From: Octopus sinensis
Lineage: Eukaryota
Direction of reading: 5' to 3'
NCBI RefSeq assembly: GCF_006345805.1
Contig: NC_043007.1
Location: 73,718,001 to 73,782,000 of the forward strand
Length of the DNA stretch: 64,000 nucleotides
The position numbers were made by a program, and so were the translations under genes. Of this stretch, positions 48,835-60,835 are shown piece by piece (position 1 is the first letter of the stretch; each line of letters starts with the position of its first letter). The notes under the pieces are model-generated. The model saw nothing but the letters and a program-made list of their open reading frames with translations. It was not told the origin of the DNA and searched no databases.

Positions 48835-51534
48835 ATGGAAAATTTACCGCATCCAAAAGACCTAGACTTTAATCAGGAAAATCTAGCCGCAGCATGGAAA
48901 AAGTGGAAAAAAGAATTCAATCTCTTTTTGATAGCAACAGAAAGTGACATGAAGCCAGACAAAGTAAAAACTTCAATGTTTTTAACTTGCATCGGTTCTA
49001 AAGGCCGAGATATCCATTCCACACTGGATTTCGATTCACCCGACGAAGAAATGAACCTTCAGACAGTAATCGAAAAATTCGATGCATATTGTGAACCCAG
49101 GAAAAACATAACTTTCCTAAGACACAAATTCTTCACATGTGGACAAGCGGAACATCAAAAATTCGATGAGTACGTAGTAGAGTTGCGCCAAAAGGCACAA
49201 CAGTGCGAATTCGGCAACCTCACAGACAGTCTCACCAAAGATATTCTGATATGTGGAATCAGAGACATGAGATTAAGAGAAAGATTATTGAGAGAACCAA
49301 ATTTAGACCTACAAAAAACAATTCAAGCAGGTCAGAGTGCAGAGCAAACACGACTCCAATCAAGGATGCTAAATGCCACATCCGAAACAAGAGATAACGA
49401 AATCTCGAGGGTATATAGTCAACACGACAGAAAAGGCGCCAAAACTCAAATAACCCGCCATATGCAATCCAGACATCAAAACGAACAAGGCGGAAGTGAC
49501 AGAAAGCCCGCGAAGTTTCAAGCGCCAAGTCAACACTACGTCACTAACTGTCACTATTGTGGTTATAATCACAAAAGAAATAAATGCCCAGCATTTCACA
49601 AGACATGTGAAAAATGCAAGAAACAAGGACACTATGCAAAAATGTGGAAATCAAGAAAATTTGTACATAAAGTAGAGATACATACCGACGATGAATCAGA
49701 TGACGATACACATGCACTCGAAATGATCACTGCAAATAATTCCCGCGTGCACAAAATCGAGAAGTTCAAGACTCCAAAAGACATTTGGACGGTCGAACTA
49801 AAAGTGAACAACTCGAATGTAACATTCAAAATAGATACAGGAGCAGACGTAACCGTACTGCCATTCAGAGAATATAGAAATATAATTCCAAAACCACAAC
49901 TGCAAAAAACTTCAACTCGATTATCAGCTTATAATAACACAGCTATAAAAGTGCTAGGAAAATGCACAGCAGTCATTAAATACAAAGAATTATCAAAGCA
50001 AATAAAATTCATTGTTGCAAAAACAAACTCGCACGCAGTTATAGATGCAAAGACAGCTAAAGATCTGAACCTGATTCAGAGAATTTCAAAAATAAATTCG
50101 TCGAACACAAACGACATATTAGAAAAATATGAAGACTGTTTCGGAGAAATCGGCACTTTGTCAATAACACATCATATCACAGTGGATCCACAAATAACTC
50201 CTGTAATTCATCCACCAAGATCGGTTCATTTTTCTATAAAAGAAAAACTCAACAAAGAATTAAAAAGAATGACAGAATTAGATATCATAAAACCTGTTAG
50301 TGAACCTACAGACTGGGTAAATTCCCTAGTCATCGTTGAAAAAGCCAACGGAAAACTCCGACTCTGTTTAGACCCCAAGAATCTAAACAAAGCCATAAAA
50401 AGGCAACATTTCAAACTCCCTACAGCGGAGGACATTTTTGCACAAATGCATAACCCTAAATATTTTTCAAAACTCGATGCATCTAATGGATACTGGCAAA
50501 TTCCAGTTGACGAAGAAAGCTCCCATCTTTTAACGTTCAACACACCTTTTGGAAGGTATCGCTTCACACGACTACCCTTTGGAATTCACAGCGCCAGTGA
50601 AGTTTTCCAAAAAGAAATTTCAAAAATAATAGAGGGCATAGAAGGAGCAAGAAATTCACAGGATGACATCATAATCTGGTCCAACACTTTAGAAGAACAC
50701 ACAAATAGACTACAACAAGTTTTCGATCGAATCCGAAAGCACGGATTAAAGTTAAATAAATCAAAGTGTATCTTCTATGAATCACAAATCAAGTACCTTG
50801 GGCATATATTAACCAGCGAAGGGATAAAACAAGATCCAACCAAGGTACAAGCAATCATTCACATGCCACTGCCAACAAGTAAAAAAGAATTACAAAGATT
50901 CCTAGGTATGACAAATTACCTATGTAAATTTTTATCTAATTACTCCGAAGTCACAGCACCATTGCGCCAGCTTCTACAGAGTGACACGTTATGGTCATTC
51001 GACAAACCACAAATCGAAGCAATAAAAAAGCTAAAAGAAATGATTACCAGAAAACCAGTGCTACAATTTTATGATCCAGATCTACCAATAAAAATAACTA
51101 CAGATGCTAGTAAGCATGGGCTCGGAGCGATACTTGAGCAGAAACACAACGAAAGATGGCTACCTGTTTCGTTTGCATCTCGTGCAACAACTCAAGCGGA
51201 ACAAAACTACTGTCCAATAGAGAGCGAAGCTCTCAGTATAGTTTTCGCATGCAAGAAATTTCATCAGTTTATATACGGAACTCATTTCAGAATCGAAAAT
51301 GACCATAAACCGTTGAAGCAAATATTCAAAAAATCGATCACTAAATGCCCCCCCAGAATCCAAAGATTTCTACTAACATTACAAAGATATGATTTTGACC
51401 TAAACCACATACCTGGTAAAGAATCAATTGTTGCAGATACCCTATCACGTGCATACCTTGAGCAAAATACTCCAGAAGTATCAGACGAAGATATGAAATC
51501 GCACATTCATGCAGTAATAAAAATTACCCCATAA
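48835..51534 (+). CDS. Gypsy gag-pol polyprotein: gag, aspartic protease, RT, RNase H (frameshifted before integrase)
   Basis: First ATG 48835; Zn knuckles CHYCGYNHKRNKC and CEKCKKQGHYAKMW; protease KIDTGAD; RT LCLDPKNLN, KLDASNGYWQ, LPFG, SQDD; RNase H TDASKHGLGA, NDHKPL. Confidence 0.95.
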   Translation: MENLPHPKDLDFNQENLAAAWKKWKKEFNLFLIATESDMKPDKVKTSMFLTCIGSKGRDIHSTLDFDSPDEEMNLQTVIEKFDAYCEPRKNITFLRHKFFTCGQAEHQKFDEYVVELRQKAQQCEFGNLTDSLTKDILICGIRDMRLRERLLREPNLDLQKTIQAGQSAEQTRLQSRMLNATSETRDNEISRVYSQHDRKGAKTQITRHMQSRHQNEQGGSDRKPAKFQAPSQHYVTNCHYCGYNHKRNKCPAFHKTCEKCKKQGHYAKMWKSRKFVHKVEIHTDDESDDDTHALEMITANNSRVHKIEKFKTPKDIWTVELKVNNSNVTFKIDTGADVTVLPFREYRNIIPKPQLQKTSTRLSAYNNTAIKVLGKCTAVIKYKELSKQIKFIVAKTNSHAVIDAKTAKDLNLIQRISKINSSNTNDILEKYEDCFGEIGTLSITHHITVDPQITPVIHPPRSVHFSIKEKLNKELKRMTELDIIKPVSEPTDWVNSLVIVEKANGKLRLCLDPKNLNKAIKRQHFKLPTAEDIFAQMHNPKYFSKLDASNGYWQIPVDEESSHLLTFNTPFGRYRFTRLPFGIHSASEVFQKEISKIIEGIEGARNSQDDIIIWSNTLEEHTNRLQQVFDRIRKHGLKLNKSKCIFYESQIKYLGHILTSEGIKQDPTKVQAIIHMPLPTSKKELQRFLGMTNYLCKFLSNYSEVTAPLRQLLQSDTLWSFDKPQIEAIKKLKEMITRKPVLQFYDPDLPIKITTDASKHGLGAILEQKHNERWLPVSFASRATTQAEQNYCPIESEALSIVFACKKFHQFIYGTHFRIENDHKPLKQIFKKSITKCPPRIQRFLLTLQRYDFDLNHIPGKESIVADTLSRAYLEQNTPEVSDEDMKSHIHAVIKITP

Positions 51535-52753
51535 CCGACACTAAATTAAAAGAGTATAAAGAAGCCACTGCAGACGACCCGTCTCTACAGACACTCGTCA
51601 CATATACAAGAACAGAATGGCCCCCAAAAGACAAAATACCAATAAACATCAAACCATTCGTATCTGTTCGTGATGAAATATCAATCGTCAATGGTCTCGT
51701 TCTAAAAGGTTCAAGAATAATTGTACCTAAGTCATTACGTAGAGAAGCTCTACAGGAAATACATACCGGACACATGGGTATCGAAAAATGCATAGAGAGA
51801 GCGAAGGAATGTATATACTGGCCCGGCATTAACGCTCAAATCAAAGACATGATTAACACATGCTCATACTGCATTGACTACAAAAATCAACAAGCAGCCG
51901 AACCATTAATAAATCATGAAATACCTACTACATCATGGACCAAAGTGGGTACAGACGTATTTCACCTGTCTGGAAATTCGTATGTCACAATTATTGACTA
52001 TACAACAAGATTTTTTGATCTACACGAAATAAAAGATTGCCAGTCAAAAACCGTAATCAAAAAATTAAAAGAAACTTTTGCTAAATTCGGAATTCCGCAA
52101 ACAGTTGTAAGTGACAACGGTCCAGAATTCAATTCGGCTGAATTCAAAAAATTTGCAAAAAATTGGCATTTTCATCACACGAAGACAAGCCCGCATTATC
52201 ATCAAGCGAATGGCATGGTTGAGAGAAATATACAGACAATAAAAAAGACGCTAAAAAAGGCATTCAAAAGTGACGAAGAACCTCAGTTAGCGCTCTTAGC
52301 ATTACGCACGACTAAATTACAAAATGGTGCACCATCCCCTGCAAATCAAATAATGAATAGAACATTGCGAACACAATCTCCCAAACATACTACACGACAA
52401 ATTGGTATCAGGCTCACGAAAAGAAGAAATCAAACATTACAACAGAACTCCCAGAGTTAAAACCACACGACACGGTTAGAATTAATTTTAACAACAATTG
52501 GTTTAGAAGGGGCAAAATAATTAAAAAAACTAGAGCAACCTCGTTCATACTTAGTAATAACAGAGGAAGGAAATACAGTCAAACGAAATAGACAACATAT
52601 TCTTAAAACAAACGAACACGTTCGCATAACAGAAGAATTAGATTATGAAAATATATTTCCAAAGTCAACAAACACGCATGAAAAAAAAAAAACACACAAC
52701 TACAGAATTCAACACTACAAAATAATAAAACCACAAAAAGTGGACGACGAATA
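51525..52753 (+). pseudogene. Gypsy integrase region (HHCC + DDE + C-terminal PRSY), disrupted by indels
   Basis: Open from 51525 in a shifted frame: HTGH...CSYC, GTDVF, SDNGPEF, GMVER; C-terminal ELPELKPHDTV and LEQPRSYLV lie in two different frames. Confidence 0.9.
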
Positions 52754-52813
52754 ATTATTCCCTGTAGATACAGATGATATAAAAAAAATTAAAAAAAAAA
52801 AAAAAAAAGGAGA

Positions 52814-53051
52814 TGTTATATAATCATCACAACAAACATGAACAATCAACGTCGCCCATTGTCTCCCTTGATAAAAGGACTTTCACTTTGTTTCCCGCCA
52901 AAACAATTAACTTGTACAACAACGGCAGTCGAATAAAGTATCTCGTATCGTTAACACGTTGTTTCAGTCTCTCTCATTTTCTTAATCTTTCATACTAAAT
53001 ACTCACTACTTCCTTTAATACTCAATACATTATATATATATAACAACAACA
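52814..53051 (+). repeat. 3' LTR (238 bp), preceded by polypurine tract A(n)GGAGA
   Basis: Direct repeat of 48519-48756. Confidence 0.97.
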
Positions 53052-53423
53052 ATGATAAGTGCATCTCTGATCATGAGCAGAAGTAGTGGGGGAGCATCAT
53101 AACCGTGTGTTGAAACGAATTCTTGGAGGTTTGTACAATTCACCTTTGGAAACATGGGTGTTTCGTTCAACATCCTTAAACAATCCTTATTCAGGGACCT
53201 TTTGAGGCGGGATGGACTACTCGACCAGAAGAAAATTTTAACTGAGCCCCACCTGCACTGTTTATCTTGATATGAGATCACCATGTCGCGCACATATGGT
53301 TGTGATGCATGTGCCTAGTGTACCCTTATCTGGTGGGTAGTCATAATGGGTATACTGGGCTTCGTATATTTTACCCCAGTGTCACTTTCATGGCATGCAC
53401 TGCTCTCTCACTCAATAATAATA

Positions 53424-53913
53424 ATATCCAGCCGGCACCGGCCCGACATACAGGACGCTCGGCCGACGGTGCCGCACGCTTTGCGGCTCCATGACCCTTT
53501 ACTCTTCTCACTCATCCTTCCTTCCTCGCTCGCATCCGCCGGGGGCCTAGCGCCTCCGGCCGTCGCGGCCGCCTTCGACAGTCGCGCTCTGTTCCGCTGC
53601 CGAAGCCTATTTCTCACGCGCAGTTTCCTCACGAAACTGCCATCCACCGAACAAGTCGCGGCCGGGCCCCCTCGCCTTAATACACTTCGTCGGCCCTCTA
53701 ACAGCGCAGTAGCAGCAGTGTCGCAGCCCGCTAACGTACCGCTCTCGCCGCCGCTGCCGACCGCGCAACATCCAGCCGAGGCCGGCCCGACATACAGGGC
53801 ACTCGGCCGATGGTGCTGCACGTTTGCGGCTCCATGACCCTTCACTCTTCTCACTCATCCTTCCTTCCTCGCCCGCGTCCGCTGGGAGCCTAGCGTCTCC
53901 GGCTGTCGCGCTC
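53424..53913. repeat. GC/CpG-rich segment bounded by ~150-bp direct repeats
   Basis: ATCCAGCCG...CCGGCCCGACATACAGG...GTCGCGCTCTG at 53424-53591 and 53770-53913. Confidence 0.85.
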
Positions 53914-53970
53914 TGTAACTATGACTCTCTTAAGGCATCCAAATGCCTCGTCACCAATAATAATAATAAC

Positions 53971-54011
<41 letters not shown>

Positions 54012-54109
54012 TGATGATGATGATGATGTATTCATATACATATATTGTGATTTGGTATCCTATTTTCCCAATAATTTACCTCCATGTCTGAAATCTTAAT
54101 CAAATACAA

Positions 54110-54725
54110 GTTGAGAAGAATGGGAAATCATTAATGATCTCAAGGATGATCATAATATAGTTACAAAAGAAGCTGATGAAATGAGTTCTGTTGTCATGGA
54201 TTCAGAACAATACATAAATGATACTCTAGGTATTGTCAATTACAGTCTCTTCGAGACAATACCTGTTATGAAAAGAATAACAATTACAGTCAATTCAAAA
54301 TAAGGACAAAGCTCACTAACCTTGTCCAACAGTTCCAACAAGATTTAATGGAAAAGGAAAAAAAATTTGACTGCAAAACCAGCGACTTTTACGAGTTTCC
54401 AAAGATCTACAAGTGTGAAGCCATAAACGAAGCCTTTAACAGATCAGCCTCAATAATAATTTTCCACATCCTTGAGTTCTCAAAAGGAGACCGGTTTCGG
54501 CCAGTTCATCCTGTGAGACACACAGACTGAACAACTTCATTGGCCTTCTACAATCCATTCTTCAGAAGATACCAAGCTTCATAAGAAATGACTTGAACTT
54601 TTTAAACCATCTCCCGAGCAAAACCAACATAGACTCTCTTTTTATCTTATTCAATAATATAAATCTCTACACCTCGATTCCTCACGAATACGGAATAGAA
54701 GCTATACAACTCAAGCTGGAAAAGT
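54110..54725 (+). pseudogene. degenerate Penelope-like element reverse transcriptase fragment
   Basis: Broken frames give NIVTKEAD, VVMDSEQY, FYEFPKIYK, IPSFIRNDLNFLNHLP, NLYTSIPHEYGIEAI, resembling PLE RT motifs IKPADKG, FYGLPKIHK, SLYTNIP. Confidence 0.75.
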
Positions 54726-55121
54726 TCACTACACTGTCCTTATCTCTCTCTCACTCACCCTCAATAATCCCTGACACTGCACTTTTTCCCTTCTATAACT
54801 CTTTCCCAAATACCCTCCTCCCACCAACAATAAACCTGGTTATCCCTTCATACTTCAACTTCTCAACATCTTAATAAAAGTCACCATCCTCTCTTCTATT
54901 CTTCCCCTCTGTCATGGGGGTAGGGAAGTCTCTTAAGGTTTGTGAGATACAAGGTAACCTCACTAGTGCTTGTGCCACAGAAAAAGTTCTCAGTCCACAT
55001 TCTGTAAACCATGCCAAAACGGTGAGACATTGCAGTAAGACGACGTCCACCAATCGTTGGATCCTATCGAACTGTCAAACGCGTGCTAACATGGAAAAGA
55101 CATAAAAGTACACACATGCAT

Positions 55122-55169
<48 letters not shown>

Positions 55170-55299
55170 ACACACATGTATTGCTGCCCATCACTTTCTT
55201 CTCTTTTTCATTTACCTCAATGACTCATCCCTATTGTTGTTTATTATTCTCTTAATCAAACTGCTGATCATATTTTATATTCCCTCTCCTTGACCTCCA

Positions 55300-55760
55300 T
55301 GGAACTTTCTCTCACCTCTCTCTCACTCGTGCTCTCTTTCTCTCCCTCGTACTCTTTCACACTCATGCACCCTGTCTCGCTCCTTCGTACTCTCTCTCTC
55401 TCTCTCTCTCACTCATGCTCTCCTTCCCTCCCTCCCTCGTGCTCTCTCTCTCACTCGTGCCCTCTCTTCCTCATTCGTGCTCTCACTCTCTCCCTCGTGC
55501 TCTCTCTCTCTCGTTCTCACTCGTGCTCTCTCCCTCTCCCTCACTCATGCTCTCTTTCACTCGTTCACTCTCTCTCTCTCTCTCTCGTGCTCTTTCTCAC
55601 ACTCGTGCGCTCTCTTACTCTCGTGCTCTCTCTCTCTCACTCATATGCTCTGTCTCACTCTCTTGTGCTGTCTCTCACTCATGTTCTCTCACTCACTCGT
55701 GCTCTCTCTCTCTCTTGTCCTCTAACTCTATCACTCGTGCTCTCTCTCTCTCTCTCCCTT
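55300..55760. repeat. (CT)-rich minisatellite with recurring TCACTCGTGCTCTCTC unit
   Basis: Direct inspection; produces spurious Leu/Ser-rich ORFs. Confidence 0.9.
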
Positions 55761-56379
55761 TACTATCTTGCTCCTATCATTATTTCCCCCCTCGCTAACC
55801 CTTTTTTCTACCACCTTCTCATCCTAATTCTTTCTTCTACTACCTGTTATGTATGTAAGTCTTCAATGAACGAGACACTACAGAGCACACTGGACTCTTT
55901 AATCGTGTCATTGACAACGCAATCTATTCAATGCTTTTGTTATGACAAAAAGCACATTGTACTTCTGTAAAGTAGTCGAAAGATGAGAAGACAACGAAGA
56001 GGAGAGATTTTCTTTAGTTGGAGACTGGATTAGCAGGACCCCGAGACATTCCACGTTTTATCAATTTTCGTATTTCATTCGATAATTTGATGCTTAAATT
56101 TATAGATTTTTATTATAGTGTTTTATTACGGCTTTGATTTCGTTCTGTAGTTAAGGTTGTTTGAGGTGTAACACCTGAATACACGAGTATCGTGACAATA
56201 CAATACACTGGCCAATATATTCTAACTTTTATTCTGCTGGCCTAAGTTTGAGATCTGTTTTAAGGTAATTTGGGGGTCACTGAGTTTAAAAATGGCAATC
56301 ATTTTTTTCTGTCACATCGAGTTTTTTTTCTATGACCTGGCTCATATTGGCCTCCCCCCACCCCGTAGCTCTATATTTC

Positions 56380-57400
56380 AGAAATGTCTCTATGTGTTCT
56401 TCGTATGGTACGTTAGCTGTAAGAGTCTCTGTCAGTTGAGCGTTCAGTGAGTGAGGTTGTGACGCTTTGTTGGTTTAGTATATGCACCTCTGTAGAAGTG
56501 TGTTTCCTAATAACTTTGAGCTCGAACGGTCGGTCTTCTTAATCTGCATCGTTAATCACATTTATTTCTTGAAATAACGCAGGGGTTCAGTAGCATGGTG
56601 TCATTGCGAAAAAAGTGTACGAAAGATATAGTTTGTAGCGTACGCTTAGGGAAGTTCCTCTCTTTCTGTTATATATACACAAATACGGACGTAGTAGATA
56701 ACAGCTAGTCTTCGGCGCCCTTTTAGACCCTGTTGTGTCTACAACTCTGATTGGTTGGTATTGGTGCAGTTTGTCTCTTGCTCTATTGCACGCCAATATG
56801 CAACCCAACCAATTGCAGCCTTCTGACAAGATAACGTGAGACAGTCTCTTCCAAACTTCCGGTGAGCCGATAGTTCAGTATAAAACGCTAGCTTCAAATC
56901 GATCGATGTCTTTCAGTTCTAGACCATTTGAGGTCTAACCACTAACCACAGAGGACACAGCCAGTTCCAGCGATAACACAACAACAGCCACATGGAGTCA
57001 CAGCAACCCTCCTCCAACAGCATACGGCAAACTCTTTCTTCGTCGCCTCCGTCATCTTAACGTCGTCAACAACATCTCTCTACGTACACAGCAACTAGCA
57101 ACCCTCGCACAGGTTCTATCTCAACACTGTTCGTGAATTACTTCACAATGGTTAACAGCAAACACAACCTGCGAGAACCTTCTGTACCAAGTAGCCGGCT
57201 CTGCATAGTAGCTACAGCTTCACGTATGACACATGCCTCAACTGACTCTGCATTGCAACCTCAACTTCTTGATACATCACTTCAACTATCGTGTACCTTG
57301 ACTTCGAACTGGCATTTATCATCCTTGTGTCTGAACATTCTTCTAACGTCATATTATAGACTCTTTCAATGCTCTGTACTTATCGCACACGCATACACCC
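56380..57400 (+). mobile_element. possible old LTR-element 5' relic
   Basis: ...GTAGCA followed by TGGTGTCA (PBS-like, 56596-56603); no intact ORF, second LTR or TSD found. Confidence 0.3.
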
Positions 57401-58128
57401 ATGTTTCTACATACACATTATGTATACATGACGGCCTGTCTATTATTATGTATATATGACGCACACACAGACACACATGTTACCCTATCAATAAAATTTT
57501 CTCTTAAACATTCTACCCGGGTGTGTCTCTCTTTTCCTTCTGTCACTTATACTCATTTATCCTTTTCGTATTTATTTTATCGACCGTGCAATGTACTAAA
57601 CGAGCCATTCTCGCCACCTCTCCTTCGCACGGTCGTTTACAAGTTAAACATTTCTATTGAATATCTATTAATGAGAGATATCAAGGCTGATGGAACAAGC
57701 AGAAATTTACTCCGAGAATGCGATGAAGGTATGTGTATAATGGTTTGTGTTTTACCCATCATATTAGAGAATTAACATTATGTCTTTAGTAAAAGGTGAC
57801 GCTATCTTACATTTCTTTTATCATTTCATATTCTATTGACATTATAACTTATGGTTTGAAGCTATAAGACTCAGTAAAGTATCCTGACCGAATGAATTAT
57901 TTGTACAGTACATCATAAAATAGGGATATGCTATATAATGTGTTAAAAAAAAAGGATGCCATATTTGAAATCAGCATCTCAAAATTAACTAAAATCAACC
58001 GCAAAACCAAAGTCAGCAAAAAATGTGTTGACCAGTGTTATTGATGGTATTAAACATTATAAGTATAAATTCTTTTGTTATTAGATTATCTAGTTAAACA
58101 ACTCCGTAAATGACCGCACGCGCGCGTG

Positions 58129-58159
<31 letters not shown>

Positions 58160-58651
58160 AATCATCATCGTCATAATTTTATAACTGTTTTTCCATATTG
58201 TCACAGATTGAATAGTTCTACTCCAGAACAGTGTCTCTCCTTTATTACTGTTCATGTCTCTTTCATGAAGACCAGCATCCAGAGATCAAATCTCAGTCTT
58301 TTCTCATCTCCTTCTTCTACAGGTTTCCTCAAACTGGAATGAATGTTTGCTCTCTTCCCCGACCCGAATGTAACCTTCGCTATTCACCATGTGTCCCTTC
58401 ATTCCAATGTAATTTCTCTGCATACCATCATACCTTACGGTTCATTTCCCCTGTTTTCCTAATTTTTTCTTTTTCTCAGCTCACTCTTGTCCTGTCATTC
58501 ATGTTTACTAACAATACAGATTGAGCAGGGCATGCACGCCTCATCTTCCAGCCTTCACACCTACTCCATTTTCAGAGTATGTCTCACTATTGTGCAACAG
58601 CGGACTTCATAAACAAACTCTGTACAAGTCGTTTTTTATTTTATTGTTTTA

Positions 58652-59044
58652 CTAGCAGTATCGCCCGGCGTTGCTCGGGTTGTAAGGGAAATAACTATAT
58701 AAGCATTTTTAGAGAGTTATAGCCAAAAAATAGCAAAAAAAATGCATTAAAAATTGGAAAAAAAATTAAGGTAAATTTTTTAAAATCGTTGACACATCGT
58801 AGATATTTTTAGAGAGTTACTTCCCTTATATAAAAGCGAAAAAAATGCATTAAAATGGAAAAATATGATGGTAAATTTTTTAAATCGTAGACTCATCGTA
58901 GACGCGCGCTAATACCCAGAAGGGCTCGATATGAATCACGACTATAAGATACCCGCTTTTGGTTAAACTGCACCGCAAAATGTGGGAGTAGTTACGAATC
59001 TAAATCGTAGGAGACAGACACACAACTTCACTCTTATATAAAGA
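58652..59044 (-). mobile_element. non-autonomous Helitron-like element (long variant with internal duplication)
   Basis: Same termini as the 41577 copy; TTTTTAGAGAGTTA...GCATTAAAA...GGTAAATTTTTT module present twice. Confidence 0.8.
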
Positions 59045-60129
59045 TGCTTTTTTTTTTCAGTCATAGAGTTAGATTTATGAAGGTCTTCAGTAGAAAATCC
59101 TTCGAATTCTGACTCGCTGCTTGATATAATGAAATTCGTATCCATTTTTTGTCAGAATTACAAATTTTGAAAACACAATAGGAACAAATTTCGGAAAAAA
59201 ATCTCCCATAATTCACGGAATTAAAATTACACTTCGATTTTTGTACAAAACTGTATTTGAAGTGTTTACGAAGTATAATACGTGTTTTCACGAATGTACT
59301 AAAGAGATTTACTCTGATATTCTCATTTAAATATGAATAGGTAAATTCGGGCGGTTTGGTAACGAAAGGGTTAAACGGATGCATACATTTATTAATAACT
59401 ATATATAAGTGTCGTCTGTTTATACATAAACACTGTTTCATACTTTCAGTTTAGTCTTCCTCAAATCACTCTGAGGCTATTTACTCTCTTCCAAGAACAT
59501 TTTCACTCACTCTTATCTCTTAGCTTGTCATACATTTTACTCATGTATCTATCAGCGTGATAGACAGAAACAAATATTACATCGCCATCGCATTCTATTG
59601 TCTACCTGTCAACACACTCACAGTGAATTAGTTTCACTTTATTCGTTGCACACTGTGTGTGTGCGTTTGCGTGTGCTGTAAACCAGACTAAGAAAAGCAT
59701 TTGACATACACACCAGAATGTGAGTTTTCTGTAAATTTTGCTTAATTGGAGTTTAAATTTTAAAAACTGGACCTGGCATGACCCGATGCATTCTACTCTT
59801 AAAAATGCTAGGTAAATTGTAATTGAAGAAATCCTATATTGTAGATTTCTATAAGTGACAAAGGGAGGCAGATAAAATCTGCCTTTTATAATAAGAGATT
59901 CCTTTATTTGTTTCAGTTATTTGACTGCGGTCATGCTGGAGCACAGCCTTTAAGGTTTTTTTTAGGCAAAGAAATCGCCCCCAGCACTTATTCTTTGTAA
60001 GCCTAGTACTTATTCTATCGGTCTGTTTCGCCGAACCGCTATGTTATGTGTACGTAAACGCACCAACATCAGTTGTGAAGTGATGGTGGGGGACAAACGC
60101 TGACACAAAGACACACAGACATAAACACA

Positions 60130-60196
<67 letters not shown>

Positions 60197-60835
60197 GACG
60201 GGCTTCTTTTAGTTCCTGTCAACCAACTCCGCTCACCAGGTTTTGGCCAGCCCGACGCTACAGTAGAAGACACTTGCCCAAGGTGTCACACCGTGGGACT
60301 GAACCCAGGAGAAATTTGGTGAGAAAAAGAAATTTTGTTATCAACAAACGTGGTAGTTCCCCAGCGTTTCTCCATTCCCTCCTTACCCTAGCTACTCTAT
60401 TTTCAGTACATTCACCTCCTCCACTATTGATTAGGTCCCCCACATTGCAGAGTTCGTGCCCTACCATATTTACTCGTGTATAAGTGGCACTTATGTAATA
60501 AGTTGCACCTTTAATCTAGCGTTAAATCTTGGTACAAATTTTTTTTCCTATCATAGTTTTAGCTTTGCTCCGTGTATAAGTCGTACCTTAGATTTTTCAG
60601 TTAAAATCAAATATAAAAATAATAAATGCAGTTTTAGCAATGAAAGTTTTGCTTGTTTAATATAAAGGCTCTGAGCGTAGCGGTTTGTTGATACCACCAC
60701 CTTGCATAGAGTTCTGTATAGAGATGTGTAGTATTTAACAGAGGTGCATGTGGTGAGTTAGCAGTAAATGAATGAATGCGTGAAGATATGGATCTTTTCC
60801 TTTTGAACGGCAGTTTTCAACACAATTTGTAGTTA

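Larger units (their letters stand above)
48519..53051 (+). mobile_element. Ty3/Gypsy LTR retrotransposon (Mag-like), full-length proviral structure
   Basis: TG...CA LTRs 48519-48756 and 52814-53051; 5-bp TSD ATGAT (48514-48518, 53052-53056); PBS TGGTGTCAGAA; polypurine tract before the 3' LTR; domain order gag-PR-RT-RH-IN. Confidence 0.97.
48330..53390 (+). repeat. host interspersed repeat split by the Gypsy insertion
   Basis: Rejoined flanks (GGCTGATGAT-AAGTGCATCTCTGATCATGAGCAG) match an uninterrupted reverse-strand copy near 33480-33710. Confidence 0.8.

Noticed and set aside
51510-51534. Programmed -1 frameshift between RNase H and integrase
   Set aside because: No canonical X XXY YYZ slippery heptamer, and recoding at this position is not typical of Gypsy elements; a 1-nt deletion or assembly error is simpler.
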